Shown here one piece after another: positions 11,850-24,458 of a stretch of DNA of 64,000 nucleotides. Location: the NCBI GenBank assembly GCA_963823665.1, contig CAWGMQ010000010.1, positions 1 through 64,000 on the forward strand. Direction: 5' to 3'. Within the stretch, counting starts at the first letter, position 1. Each line of letters begins with the position of its first letter. Under the pieces are notes generated by a model, which worked only from the letters and a program-made list of their open reading frames with translations, had not been told where the DNA came from and ran no database searches. The position numbers were made by a program, and so were the translations under genes. Source of the DNA: an uncultured Planctomycetota bacterium (GTDB taxonomy: Bacteria; Planctomycetota; Planctomycetia; Isosphaerales; Isosphaeraceae).

Positions 11850-11961
11850 GGTGCGCACATTCTCCGGGGCATCCCGCCTCGGCCCGGAAGCGGGCCGAGG
11901 CGTCTGGATTAAGGTCGGGGTTAGAGTAGCCTCACACGGATTGGTCCGGCTGCGGATCTGG

Positions 11962-12770
11962 TCAGGGCAGCGGAGGGGGCAGGCTATGATTACGGGTCCC
12001 GGACCGCTCGCCCTTCGGGCCGGGCGGTGGGTCGAACGCGCCTCGGGCCGGATCCCGGTCCTTTTTCTTTGGCTCCGGAGGCGTCGGATCGAACTCACCT
12101 CGCGCCCCGGGGCCTCCGGGCCGTCCGGCCGCCGCGTTACTCAGGTGTTCTGGCACGTGGGTCATCGCCTCAGAGGCGCGGGCGAGCTCGCCGGCGCGTT
12201 CGTCCCGACCCGCCTCGACATCGCGTCGCGCGGCGTTGTAAAGGTCACGTGCCCCATCGAGATAGAACTTCGCCTCAGCCTCCGGGCCGTATTCCCCCGC
12301 AGAGCGAATGCGCTCGTAGGCCCGGTAGAGGTCACGGCGGGTTCGGTCATCGTTGTCTTCGGGACCGGAGCCTTCGGGAGGAGAGGGCAGGTCCGGGTCC
12401 GGTCTATCGAGTCGAGCTGCGTTCCTGGCATGATCGACGGCACGGGCCAGATCGTGCGCCGCGGTGCCAATCTCACGGGCGCACGCAGATCGCCCTGTTC
12501 CCTCGTTCGGATGGCCCGGCGGTAGAGGTCCGTCGCCCGGTCCGTCCAGTCCTTGATGCGTTCCTCCGTCCGTCCGCTGCCCGTATCCGAGCGGACCCGC
12601 CGCAAGAGATCGTAGGTCTTTCGCAACGCGTCGCCGGGCGCCGCTTTCTTGCCCTTGGCCTTCGGCGGCGGCGCTGGGCCCCCGCCGGGCGGTGTTGGTG
12701 GTTCCTGGACAATTGCCGCCAGGCCGAGGCCCAGCAAACTCGTCAATCCCATTGCGATCAGTTTCAACAT
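11962..12770 (-). CDS. Secreted Pro-rich helical protein (frameshifted)
   Basis: Signal peptide MLKLIAMGLTSLLGLGLAA, a helical core, and a Pro-rich C-terminus in ORF 11962..12165. Confidence 0.6.
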
Positions 12771-12841
12771 TTCATCGCTCCCGTGATAATGGAGGTTTCG
12801 AGGATCGTCGTCGCGAATCTCTCTCGGTCCTGAGCGACAAG

Positions 12842-12858
12842 AGCACCTTGGATGCCAA
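12842..12858 (-). promoter_or_regulatory. Sigma-54 -24/-12 promoter for the secreted protein/MFS/permease operon
   Basis: TTGGCATCCAAGGTGCT (GG-N10-GC) about 70 bp upstream of the 12770 start. Confidence 0.65.
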
Positions 12859-13081
12859 GCCGGGAAATGACGAGATATTGGGCTAATTTCGTTGGTTTCA
12901 CTCCTTGGTTGGGAACAATTCCCCCACCGGTGGGCGGGGGAAAATCGCCCACCGGTGCGTGGAAACACCGTCGCCTCGGGTGCAAAACGCGCATTTGAGG
13001 CCGCGCAAGGGAGTGGAGGCTGTTGGCGCGGGGATTGCCATTCATCGAAGCGGAATGGAAAGTGATGGCGGAGGGGTGCGA

Positions 13082-14517
13082 ATGGGCCGATTCAGGTTGG
13101 AGGTGCCGTTGGCGATCCAGATTGGCGCGGTGGTCGTCCTTTTCGCCGCCGCCCTGGGGACGCTGTGGTACACGAGCTCCGCAGTAGTCGAGCGTGAGGA
13201 GCGACGGGCTCGCGCCAACGACCGCTTGAAGGAAGCGAGCGACCAGCTCGAAGCGCGGGGCAATGACGCTCTCGCCGCTGTCCGGCAGTTCCCCGCCTTG
13301 ATGGAGGCCCGCGATTGGTCAGCGCTCGATCGCCGGCTCTCCGAGGAGGCCGCCCTCATTCGGGGGCGCCACCCGGGCATCGAAGGTGGTTACTACGTCC
13401 CGTCGCGTCCCGTGCAGCCGTACCTGCCCGCCCTCCCAATCGAACCGCGCCAGACCGAGGCCCGCGAGGGCTTACGGCTCCCTGTTTCCCCTCCATCACC
13501 CCCGCGTCGCAACCTCTACGACTACGTCGACACCCAGGTCGACGCGGCCTACCGGAAGAGGAACGAATTCTCGGTGGTCGAGGACATCCCCCCTTACACG
13601 ATTGCCATCCGCACGGCCCCGGTTCGTGTGAACGGTCGGGTCGTCGCCGCCACCTGGACCATGACCCGGCTCGTCGATCCCATTTACATCGACCAGTCGG
13701 CCCGGGGTTACCGATGGTTCGCGGGCCTGGCGCTAGCCGGGATCGCCCTTTCACTAGTCCTGACCGTCCGCCTGGCACGGACGGTCGGACGACAGGCGAC
13801 GGAGCGCGAGCGGCTCCGGACCGAGTTACGGCGGAGCGAGCGCTTGGCGGCGCTTGGGAAGCTCATCGCCGGAGTCGCCCACGAGGTCCGAAACCCCTTG
13901 GCCGGCATCCGGGCCATCACGCAGCTCTGGCGACGCGGACTCGGCCTGGGCAACGAAGGTTTCGACCACCTGATCGACGAGGTCGATCGGCTCGAGGGGA
14001 TCGTCTCACGGCTTTTGCAGTTCTCGCGGGCCGACGCCCAGGATCTCACCCCGGGCGACCTCAACGTCGTGGCGGCCGAGGCCGCGCGCCTCGCCGAGGA
14101 CCGCGCCGGCGAGCAGGAGATTCGTGTCGAGCTCGACCTGGAGCCCGATCTGCCCCCGATCCAGATGGCCCCGCCGGCATTGGTGCAGGTCCTGCGTAAC
14201 TTGACGACCAACGCCTTGCAGGTCATGCCTCGAGGCGGCGTGCTCCGGCTGGCTACGCGGCTCGACGCCGCACGCGGCACGGTTGTGGCGAGCGTTGCTG
14301 ACGACGGGCCGGGCCTCTCGGACGAGGTCCTGTCGCATCTGTTCGAACCATTCTTCACCACCAAAGCGGAGGGAACCGGGCTGGGCCTGGCGATCGCTCG
14401 CGAGATCGCGCTGGCCCACCGGGGTGACCTCCGTGCCCAGAACCGCCCCGGCGGAGGCGCCGTCTTCATCCTGACGCTCCCCGTCGCCGAGGTCGCTGCC
14501 TCGAGAGGAGAACCACG

Positions 14518-14521
<4 letters not shown>
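13082..14521 (+). CDS. Membrane sensor histidine kinase
   Basis: Two TMs; H-box AHEVRNPL, N-box NLTTNA, DDGPG, FEPFFTTK and GTGLGL. Confidence 0.92.
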
Positions 14522-15914
<1,393 letters not shown>

Positions 15915-15924
<10 letters not shown>

Positions 15925-16148
15925 ACACTCCGGCTAAGGCCACTGCGGACGGTAGGCCGGTAAGTTCGCCGCGGGGCGGCGCGCGCAGCCCGGCGCACAG
16001 CGTCGATCGATCGAGCCCTTCGGCCCAGCCAGCCGACCAGCGCCTCCACCGCGTTCATCACCGTCAGGATCGCAATACCAGCAACGATCCCGAGGAACGT
16101 TCCCCAGAGCACCGGTATCAAGATGATCTCAAATGCAGACGAGCCCAT
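15915..16148 (-). CDS. Small membrane protein
   Basis: Long hydrophobic segment with a basic tail; GGAGG RBS; own sigma-54 motif upstream. Confidence 0.55.
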
Positions 16149-16240
16149 CGGTAAGCCTCCCCGTCATCAAGTTAGGACCTGGTCGTCGGCCACCGGATTG
16201 AAAGCACCCGGTGTACCGATCGACCGACGAGGAGTCCCAA

Positions 16241-16257
16241 AGCAGTTGGTGTGCCAA
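16241..16257 (-). promoter_or_regulatory. Sigma-54 -24/-12 promoter
   Basis: TTGGCACACCAACTGCT (GG-N10-GC). Confidence 0.65.
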
Positions 16258-16489
16258 TGGCAGAAAACGCCGATTATCCCGCTATTTCAAGGGTTTGTGC
16301 CGCGATCCCACGGATTCTTGTGCGAATTCCCCCCGCCCGCGTCGGGGACATTCCGCCCGAACGGGGGCCTGAAACGACGACGCGGCCGGCGCAATTGAAA
16401 GGCCAAATTCGGGGTGCATGAGTCAAGTCTCATGTGGGTACCTTTCGTTTCGCGATCCATCGCTCGATCAGTGCGGCGGCGTGTCACGG

Positions 16490-16919
16490 CGCAGCGCCGC
16501 GCTGGGTGGCGAACGACATGGTGGTGGCCCCGGGCGCTGTCGTGTTCAAGAGCACCGGCACCGTGTTCGGCCCGTACTTCGCGACCATCAAGTCGGGCAG
16601 GCCATTGCCGTTCAAGTCCGCCGCAGTCACGGATTGCGGATAGGCGCCGGTGGGTCTGCAGGGCGGCCAGCGTGACCGGCGGGCCCACGACATTGGTAAT
16701 CCCGGTCAACTACACCGAAAAATCCAGGCTGGGGTTGTTGTAGACCCCATCGTTGAAGATCGGGATGCCGATCGTCGCCGTGGCCGAACCCGACGCGATC
16801 GTCGTCGTGCCGGTGGTCGGCGTGAAGTCCGTCTGCGGCTGTGCGGTTCCGGCTACCGTGGTATAGCCGACCGTAATCTGCGAGGTCAGGTCGCCTGAGC
16901 GCGTGACCGTGAAGTCCAT
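16490..16919 (-). pseudogene. Remnant of Calx-beta + FG-GAP repeat surface protein
   Basis: FTVTRSGDLTSQITVGYTTVAGTA...IPIFNDG (Calx-beta-like), an in-frame TAG near 16710, then SVTAADLNGNGLPDLMVA...VLLN (FG-GAP-like). Confidence 0.65.
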
Positions 16920-17067
16920 GTCTACCGTACCGTTCCGCAGCGGCTGCCTTTTTACCTGTGCCCTTCAGGCGTGGGGGGCAAAGTGCGAACAATCCAAACC
17001 GGCGCGTCGGGCCGGGATGCGGATCTTGGACGGCGGTGGCGGTGAAGAGCGCCCGCGCCCGCCCGCA

Positions 17068-17490
17068 TCAAAACCCCACCATCTCGATCGACGGATTGAG
17101 GCCCTTCATGGTCAGAAGCAAGTCCACGAGCTTCCTGAAGCGGTTCGGCACGCGCACTTCTCCACCTGAATGCTTGACGCGCAATGCCCTGCGTGAGAAT
17201 GTGCGGCCGATCGAGCGGATATCGGCGGCCTGCACCCGTGTGCTGCCGCGCCGGCTCTGGAAATTCACCCAGCCGTCGTCGGTCACAGTGATCTGGGTGG
17301 GCATCTTGGGGAGCCGCACGTAGAAGAGCCAGCCGAACAGGGCGATGCCCGCCAGCAGCCAGAGCCGCGCGGCCAGCGGCGTGGGGTTGGTGACGGCCGC
17401 GACGTAGAGAGCGCCGGAGACGCCGGTCAAAACGACCTTTGCCCCGAGCATTGACCAGCGATAAAGTCGTGAAACGCGGTATGTCTTCAT
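17068..17490 (-). CDS. Hypothetical 2-TM membrane protein with PH-like soluble domain
   Basis: AAGGAG RBS; two TMs followed by a beta-rich region. Confidence 0.6.
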   Translation of the reverse strand: MKTYRVSRLYRWSMLGAKVVLTGVSGALYVAAVTNPTPLAARLWLLAGIALFGWLFYVRLPKMPTQITVTDDGWVNFQSRRGSTRVQAADIRSIGRTFSRRALRVKHSGGEVRVPNRFRKLVDLLLTMKGLNPSIEMVGF

Positions 17491-17605
17491 TGGTCAGCTC
17501 CTTGCGTTACCTCTGGCGTTTGCGGCCCACACTCCTTATTCGGCCTTTTGAGCGAAATATTGATGGCAACCGGGCGCACGATCAGTCGGCCACACAGTTC
17601 GAATC

Positions 17606-19414
17606 TCACGGCCGGCCAATTCCGCTTGCCTCGCGGGGACCGTAATGGGGCAGGGGATCTCCCAGCTCGTACGCACCCAGATCGGGCGCTTTGCCGTGAA
17701 ATCCGTCGTTCAAGCCGCTCAGAGGCTCGCCCGTGTCAACGCCCTTCGACCGCGACGACAGCCGCAGGTCGATCGTGTTTGCCACTTGCGCGGCGACGTC
17801 TTCCGGCGGCCGCGCGCCCGAGGCAAACGCGGTGGCGGAATCAAGGAGCACAGCGTGCTTGAGCACCGGGGCTTTCTTGCGAACTTCTTCCAAGGTTGCA
17901 TACCGCACGCCGTTCCATTTGAGGAACAGCTTGAACGGGCCGCCGCCGAATCCGTCGTAGTCAAAATCGCAGTCGACCATCTTCGCCGAAGATTCGTACG
18001 CGTAGTTCGCGTCCGTTCCGATAAACAGGTTGTTGCGCGACCAAACGTTCCGCACCGGTTCGGGCGTCATGAGCACGTTCGGGGGGCCTTGCTTCACCGT
18101 CGTATTGTGGCTGATCAAGCAGCCGGATGGACTGTTGTGCAGTTTGAACGGCTCGGCGGCCACGTTGTACATCACGTTGCGGAAGACGTAAACCGGCCCG
18201 CCGTGCACGGGTTGCATGGAGATGCCCTGAAAGACGTTTGTGAGCCGGTTGAAAAAGCAGCGTGTGTTCCGCTCGGAGAAATCCAGCTCGATTCCGTCGT
18301 CGGTCAGCTCGCTCAGATCGTTGTTGTGGAAATCGATCGCGGCGCACCGTGACGAGGGTAACGTGTCGATCGCATCGGCAAACCCTCGAATCCGGTTGTA
18401 GCACACGACATGTCCTTCACCGGTGATCTGGATGCCGCGGGCGTTCTCGATGCCTTTCGTGCGCGGCCAGGTGGAGGGACCTTCGATCAAGTTGTCTGCG
18501 ATGAAGTGGTCTTGCGCGATTCCCTGCGTGTCGCGCGCTGCGTTCATGCCGTATTCGACGCGGCGGATGTGGCAGCGACGCACGACAATCCGGGCGCAGT
18601 CGTGGAACGTCACTCCGTGGTGCGCGTTCTGGACGGTGAGACCGTCGAACCAGACATCATGTGTTCCGGAAGCCTCGATGGCGTGCGCGGGGAGATCGGC
18701 GGCATTTGCCTGGCCGTCGATGACGGCCGGCCCGTCGCCGGCGGCACGCCACACGATTGGTTTCCCGGGTGACCCGCTCTTATGGACGACCCACGCGCCG
18801 GCGTAAGTTCCCGCGTGGAGCAGGAAGATGTCGCCGGGCACCGCTGAGGAATGCGCGGCTGGCAGGCCGCGAAAAGGATCGGCCTCGGTGCCGCGACCGC
18901 CGCCTGAGCCTGGCACCACGTGCTTTTTTCGTGCCGCGGTGGAAACTCGCGGCTCGGCCCGGGTCTGCGCACGGAGCACGCGGGAGATTCCCGGCGCGGC
19001 CCGCTTCCCGGTGTTCCGGCCTTGTGAGTCGACCAGCGTGAACCGCAGCTCGTAGGCTGTCGCCGGTTCGAGCAAGAGCGCGCTTCCAGCGAACAGCCAG
19101 CCGTCGGCCGGGACGTCGATGCGGCTGCCTAGCTTCTCCCGCAAATGAGCGCTGTGCTCGACGCGGAACAGCGGAGCCCCTGTCCGCCAGGCGGTCGCGC
19201 CGGCCTTCCGGTATTCGAGGCGAACGGACGAGGTTTTTGCCGGATCGTCGCGGATGATCCAGTAGGCACCCAGCGAGTGGAGCGTGGGCCGTTCTAGCTG
19301 GGGCTCGCCCACGGGGCGAGCGGCTTCGGAACTGGGTGGAAGTGTAACGCCGAAAAGAGTGGCCAAGAGTAGCGAAACGAACGGCACGGCCGGTGCTCGG
19401 TGTGCATACGCCAT
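17606..19414 (-). CDS. Secreted right-handed beta-helix (pectin-lyase-fold) protein
   Basis: Signal peptide, PGDIFLLHAGTY, Asn-ladder repeats and a C-terminal GKAPDLGAYE; start uncertain. Confidence 0.75.
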   Translation of the reverse strand: MAYAHRAPAVPFVSLLLATLFGVTLPPSSEAARPVGEPQLERPTLHSLGAYWIIRDDPAKTSSVRLEYRKAGATAWRTGAPLFRVEHSAHLREKLGSRIDVPADGWLFAGSALLLEPATAYELRFTLVDSQGRNTGKRAAPGISRVLRAQTRAEPRVSTAARKKHVVPGSGGGRGTEADPFRGLPAAHSSAVPGDIFLLHAGTYAGAWVVHKSGSPGKPIVWRAAGDGPAVIDGQANAADLPAHAIEASGTHDVWFDGLTVQNAHHGVTFHDCARIVVRRCHIRRVEYGMNAARDTQGIAQDHFIADNLIEGPSTWPRTKGIENARGIQITGEGHVVCYNRIRGFADAIDTLPSSRCAAIDFHNNDLSELTDDGIELDFSERNTRCFFNRLTNVFQGISMQPVHGGPVYVFRNVMYNVAAEPFKLHNSPSGCLISHNTTVKQGPPNVLMTPEPVRNVWSRNNLFIGTDANYAYESSAKMVDCDFDYDGFGGGPFKLFLKWNGVRYATLEEVRKKAPVLKHAVLLDSATAFASGARPPEDVAAQVANTIDLRLSSRSKGVDTGEPLSGLNDGFHGKAPDLGAYELGDPLPHYGPREASGIGRP

Positions 19415-19589
19415 GACGTCAACTTTGCTCCGCTCGTTGCGCGAGGTCGTTATCATTGCTTTCGGTGTCGCCTTCCCGTCTTCTTCTTGCGGCGAGGTTT
19501 CGCCCATTACGCCTCTCACGCTGGAGCCAAAAACCCACCCGAACAGTTCCTACGATCAGACAAAGACGAACTCGATACAAGAGCGTAGA

Positions 19590-20072
19590 ATGGGCACGCG
19601 GTTACGACACCCGATCCGGACTGGACATGGCGCCATGCTTTCTCGCAAGACTCTCCACGACACGGGAGGCGCTGCAACCCAACGGTCCTTCTTACGCGAC
19701 GATTGGCCGTTGCTCGTTGGGCTTGCGACCTTGTCATGGCTGATGATATTCGGATATTGGTCCGCTGAGCGGCGCCCGATGCTTTCTGCGGTCGCCGTTG
19801 CGTCACTTCAAACGGTCGCCGGACTGCTGGTATGCAAGATCCATTACACCTTCGCCGGCCGGCGCGGGGCGGGTGCGGTTTTCATCATGGCGAGCGGTGG
19901 GGGCATCAGCATGCCCGCGAATACCGGACCTATCCACTGGCTCGTCCGGGCCGTCGTCTTCGTCGGGTTCATGGCAATTTGTTCCCTCGTCTACGGCTGC
20001 TGGCTCCGCCGGCGCTCAGCCCTTCCAGGGCAGCCCACGCCGGTCCCGCGCAACGTAAGGACAGAGCCGTAA
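19590..20072 (+). CDS. Hypothetical membrane protein
   Basis: About 4 hydrophobic segments in the 3' part of ORF 19284..20072; start uncertain. Confidence 0.4.
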   Translation: MGTRLRHPIRTGHGAMLSRKTLHDTGGAATQRSFLRDDWPLLVGLATLSWLMIFGYWSAERRPMLSAVAVASLQTVAGLLVCKIHYTFAGRRGAGAVFIMASGGGISMPANTGPIHWLVRAVVFVGFMAICSLVYGCWLRRRSALPGQPTPVPRNVRTEP

Positions 20073-20126
20073 AATATAACCGGGAAAATCCGAACTCGAA
20101 TCGCATGGCGGCGAGCCCCGCAGGCA

Positions 20127-20160
20127 GACAACTGACAACGGACAACTGACCACTGACAAC
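20127..20160. repeat. Heptamer tandem repeat (GACAACT)x5
   Basis: gacaact gacaacg gacaact gaccact gacaac. Confidence 0.85.
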
Positions 20161-20277
20161 CCCCTGGGGTTGCCGATCGCGGCCTGACAGGGAATGATGG
20201 ATAAAGAGCGCTCGCGGCTCTCGTGGCTGTTTCCCGCTCTGATTTGCTAAGTCTGATCGCGTACCGGGGTCTCGTTC

Positions 20278-21724
20278 ATGTCCACAGTTGTCTTGACGTC
20301 GTGCTTGCTGCTGGGTTGGCTCCAGCCACAGGATCCGCCCTCGCACCCACCCGATCCGCAAGCGCTCGCCGTCGTCGCTTCGGTCGAGAAGCTGCTTACC
20401 GATGCGATCGCCAGGGCTGAGCCCTCGGTCGTGACCATCGCTCGAATCAAGAATGAGAGCGGCCCGGAAACTCTGGCCGTTCGTGGTCGGAGGCGGACGC
20501 GCGTTCCGCCCATGTTCCTGGAAGCGCGCGATCATCGACAGGCCGACATGTGGAAATTGATCTCCCTCGATAACGGCGCGGGCGTGGTGATCGGCGATCG
20601 CGGCGAGATCCTCACCCTGTTTCACGTCGTCCGCGGGGCAAGCGAGCTGATCGTCCGCGCGACCGGAAACCAGCAGTTCCCGGCCGAGATCATTGCCGCT
20701 GACCCACGTAGCGACCTGGCCGTCCTCGTTCCGGCCTCGAGTGATGGCGCCGAGCCGCCGATCCTGAGGCCCATCAAGATCGGCGACTCGAGCGGCCTGC
20801 GCAGGGGGTCCTTCTTGATCGCGCTGGGAAACTCGTTCAACGCCGCGCGGAACGGCGAGGCCTCGGCGAGCTGGGGCATTCTGTCGAACATCGCCCGCAG
20901 GCTTGAGCTCGGTAACGACGACGCTTACGTTCCCCCGCCCACGAAGCCGTATGGGCTCGTGAATCTTCCCACGTTGCTCCAGCTCGACACCAAGCTGAAT
21001 CTCGGGATGAGCGGCGGCGCGGTGATCAACCTGAAGGGCGAGCTGGTCGGCATCACCACGATGGCTTCGAGCGTCGCCGGTTTTGACGCGATGGCAGGCT
21101 ACGCCGTCCCGATGGACAAGCTCATTCGCCGGGCAATCGCCACGCTCAAGGAAGGCCGGGAGGTCGAATACGGGTTGCTGGGCCTGAAGGCGGATGAGAA
21201 GTTCTCGAACTTCGTTTCCACTCTGACCGAAAACTCACCTGCTTTGCTCGGGCAGCTTCGAAATCAACGACCAGATCATCGCCGTCAACGATGTTCCCGT
21301 GACCGATTTCTATTCGCTTGTTCTGGCGGTCAACATCTATTCCGCCGGTGAAGCGGTTCGTCTCAAGATTCTGCGCGATGATAAACCGCTCGAGCGGACG
21401 GTCGTGCTCGCCAAGCTGGCGGTGGAGGGGGAAGTGATCGCCACCAATCGTCCCAAGCCCTGGCGGGGGCTGCGCGTCGAGTACACGTCGGTCTTGTACC
21501 GGCGGGATGCATTTAATTTCCCCGAGCGGGCGCTCGCCGGCGTCGTGGCCGTGGAAGTTGAGGAAGGATCACCGGCGGCCGCTGCCGGTATCAAACGGGG
21601 GCAGTTGATCGTCCGCGTGGGTGACGATAACATCCGCTCTCCCCGCGAATTTGCCGACGCCGTGGCCCGCCATGAGGGCCCGGTCACCCTCGATACCGAC
21701 CTGGGACAGGTCACTGTCAAATGA
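20278..21724 (+). CDS. HtrA/DegP-like S1C serine protease with PDZ domains (frameshift ~21260)
   Basis: LTLFHVV, DPRSDLAVL and NLGMSGG catalytic motifs; PDZ segment VEEGSPAAAAGIKRG. Confidence 0.85.
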
Positions 21725-24333
21725 AAATAGACGAGCTCCGCGAAGCGTTCCTTGAATTCTTCGAATCCAAGGGATGCATCAGGCGCCCGAGCGACGTGCT
21801 CGTGCCGAATGATCCTACCGTGTTGTTCACCCCGGCGGGGATGAACCAGTTCAAGCGCGAGTTCCTGGGACTGGGAGACCCCAAGTTCACGCGGGCCGCC
21901 ACCTGCCAGAAGTGCATCCGCACCGGCGACATCGAAAACGTCGGCCGCACCGCGTTCCACGAAACGTTCTTCGAGATGCTGGGAAACTTCAGCTTCGGAG
22001 ACTACTTCAAGCGCGAGGCCATCCACTGGGGCTGGGAGTTCTTGCAGAAGAACCTCAAGCTCCCGGCGGATCGACTCACGATCACCGTCTACCTCGACGA
22101 CGACGAGGCCTATGCCATCTGGCGCGACGAGATCAAGATCCCCGAGTCGCGGATCTCGCGGATGGGCGAAGACGACAATTTCTGGCCGGCCGGCGCGCCG
22201 ACCCATGGCCCCAACGGAGTCTGCGGGCCGTGCTCGGAGATCTTCTATCACGGCGCCGGCTCGAAGGAAGTCGAGATCTGGAACCTGGTCTTCACCCAGT
22301 TCAATCGCGTTGGTCCCGGCCAGCTCGAGCCTCTGCCGAAAAAGAACATCGATACGGGTATGGGTCTGGAGCGCGCTGCGACGTGCCTGCAAGGCGTCTC
22401 GTCGGTTTTTGAGACCGATGTCTTCAAGCCGATTGTCGCCGCGGTTGCGCAAACACTTGGATTGGAATACAAGAGTGCACATCCCGACGGCGTGCGCATG
22501 CGCCGGATGTCCGATCACGTCCGCGCCTTGACGTTCTGCATCCACGAGAACGTGCGCCCCGGCCCGGAGAAGCAAGGCTACGTGATCCGCCGCCTGCTGC
22601 GCCGGGCGGTGCTTGACGCCTATCAGATGGGGCGCCGCGAGCCGTTTCTCCACCAGATCGTGCCGGTGGTGGCCGACGTGATGAGCAGGCCCTACCCGGA
22701 GCTGCGTGAAAGCGCCAACCGCGTCGCCACCACGATCAAGCAAGAGGAAGAGCAGTTCCTCCGCAACCTCGAAAACGGCCTGCGCATCCTGAACGACACG
22801 TTCCAGAAGACACGCGCCGGCGGCTCCGACACGATCTCGGGTAAGGATGCCTTCACGCTTCACGCCACTTACGGAATCCCCGTCGAAGTGGTCGAGAGCC
22901 TGGCGGCCGATCACAATCTTCGCATCGACCGCGCCGCGTTCGAGGCCGAGCAGAAAACGCATTCCGCTGTTTCGCGCGGAACGACCGAGGCCGCCGCCGT
23001 GTTCTCGACGGGCCCGCTCGATGCGCTCAAGCGAGAATACCACCACGGCAACGAGTTTCTGGGATACTCCGGAGTCGAGGCCGATGCACGCGTGATCGGC
23101 ATTATCGAGCAGAATCGGCTGGCCGAATCGGCGCGGGCGGGCGAAGGCTCGGGGCTGGCCCTGGTTCTCGACAAGACGCCGTTCTACGGCGAGGCGGGCG
23201 GTCAGGTCGGCGACACGGGCACGATCAAGGGCCCGGGCTTCTCGTTCGAGGTGCAAGACACCAAGAAGGAGAACGAGTTCATCTTGCACGTGGGCCGTGT
23301 GGTGGACGGCGTGGTGAGCCTGGACGCGCCGGTTCACGCCGCGGTTGATGCTGATCGCAGGCAGGCGATTCGCCGCGCCCACACGGCGACCCATCTGTTG
23401 CACCACGCCCTGCACGGTATTCTGGGCAAGCACGCACAGCAGGCCGGCAGCAAGGTCGAGCCCGACCGCCTGCGGTTCGATTTCGCCAACCCTGAAGCTG
23501 TTGGCCGCGAGCGATTGCAGGGGATCGAGAAGGCCGTGAACCTGAAGGTGCTAGAAGCCGCGCCGGTCACCTGGTCCACCATGCCGATCGCGCAGGCCAG
23601 GAGCCTGGGCGCGATGGCGCTCTTCGGCGAAAAGTACCCCGATATCGTTCGCGTGGTGCAGATGGGCGATTACTCGCGCGAACTTTGTGGAGGCACGCAT
23701 CTCGACAGTGCAGGGCAGGTCGGCCTCTTCAAGGTGATCGGCGAGGAGTCGGTCGCGGCCGGCACGCGGCGGATCACTGCGCTCGTCGGCAAGGCGGCGC
23801 TTGACTATGTGCGTGAGGAGGAGGAAATCCTGGGCAGTCTTTCTTCGCAGTTGAAGGTGCCCGCGGCCCTGATTGGCGAGCGGGTGAGCAGCCTCATGGA
23901 AGAGGTGAAGACGCTCAAGAAGCAGGCGTCGCAGCGGCGGGTGGAGAGCCCGGCGCGCGTGACGGCCGAGGACTTGCTGGCTGGGGCTTTGGCGCTCGGT
24001 GGGGCGACCGTCGTGATCCAGGCACTGGAAAACGTCACGCCCGACGAGATGCGGCAATTGATCGACGTCATGAGGCGGAAACGGGAGACGGGCCTTGCTG
24101 TGCTGTTGGCGGCGGCGGCCGAGGGGAAGGTGCAGCTCGTGGCTGGGTTCTCGAAGGACTTGATCGATCGCGGTTTGCACGCGGGCAACTGGCTGAAGGA
24201 GGTTGCACCGGTGGTGGGAGGCGGGGGAGGGGGGCGGCCTGACCTGGCACAAGCGGGTGGGAAATCCCCTGAGCAGATTCCTGCAGCGCTCGAAAAAGCA
24301 CACGCGACGATTCGATCGCGGCTCGAGGCTTGA
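21721..24333 (+). CDS. alaS: Alanine--tRNA ligase
   Basis: LFTPAGMNQFK, FFEMLGNFSFGDYFK, IDTGMGLER, HTATHLLH, ELCGGTH and GGGGRPDLAQAGG. Confidence 0.98.
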   Translation: MKIDELREAFLEFFESKGCIRRPSDVLVPNDPTVLFTPAGMNQFKREFLGLGDPKFTRAATCQKCIRTGDIENVGRTAFHETFFEMLGNFSFGDYFKREAIHWGWEFLQKNLKLPADRLTITVYLDDDEAYAIWRDEIKIPESRISRMGEDDNFWPAGAPTHGPNGVCGPCSEIFYHGAGSKEVEIWNLVFTQFNRVGPGQLEPLPKKNIDTGMGLERAATCLQGVSSVFETDVFKPIVAAVAQTLGLEYKSAHPDGVRMRRMSDHVRALTFCIHENVRPGPEKQGYVIRRLLRRAVLDAYQMGRREPFLHQIVPVVADVMSRPYPELRESANRVATTIKQEEEQFLRNLENGLRILNDTFQKTRAGGSDTISGKDAFTLHATYGIPVEVVESLAADHNLRIDRAAFEAEQKTHSAVSRGTTEAAAVFSTGPLDALKREYHHGNEFLGYSGVEADARVIGIIEQNRLAESARAGEGSGLALVLDKTPFYGEAGGQVGDTGTIKGPGFSFEVQDTKKENEFILHVGRVVDGVVSLDAPVHAAVDADRRQAIRRAHTATHLLHHALHGILGKHAQQAGSKVEPDRLRFDFANPEAVGRERLQGIEKAVNLKVLEAAPVTWSTMPIAQARSLGAMALFGEKYPDIVRVVQMGDYSRELCGGTHLDSAGQVGLFKVIGEESVAAGTRRITALVGKAALDYVREEEEILGSLSSQLKVPAALIGERVSSLMEEVKTLKKQASQRRVESPARVTAEDLLAGALALGGATVVIQALENVTPDEMRQLIDVMRRKRETGLAVLLAAAAEGKVQLVAGFSKDLIDRGLHAGNWLKEVAPVVGGGGGGRPDLAQAGGKSPEQIPAALEKAHATIRSRLEA

Positions 24334-24379
24334 CGATCAGAAGCCGCGAGGGCAGCGGATCGAGAATGCCGCGCACACC

Positions 24380-24399
24380 AACCCGAAGCGTCAGCGAGG
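24380..24399. repeat. REP-like element AACCCGAAGCGTCAGCGAGG
   Basis: Lies between convergent genes; resembles a dispersed planctomycete repeat as recalled; single copy in this window. Confidence 0.45.
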
Positions 24400-24458
24400 T
24401 TCGCTCACGGCGTCGCAAAGTCAGGTCAGTGCCCCGCGTGATTCGCGAGTTAAGCGAC

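Noticed and set aside
20127..20160. Heptamer repeat as a novel system
   Set aside because: Short intergenic simple repeat with no associated gene; recorded as a feature only.
21337..23433. 698-aa antisense ORF (and similar ones opposite leuB, the TPR genes and the WD40 kinase)
   Set aside because: Shadow ORFs caused by high GC and codon bias opposite clear genes.
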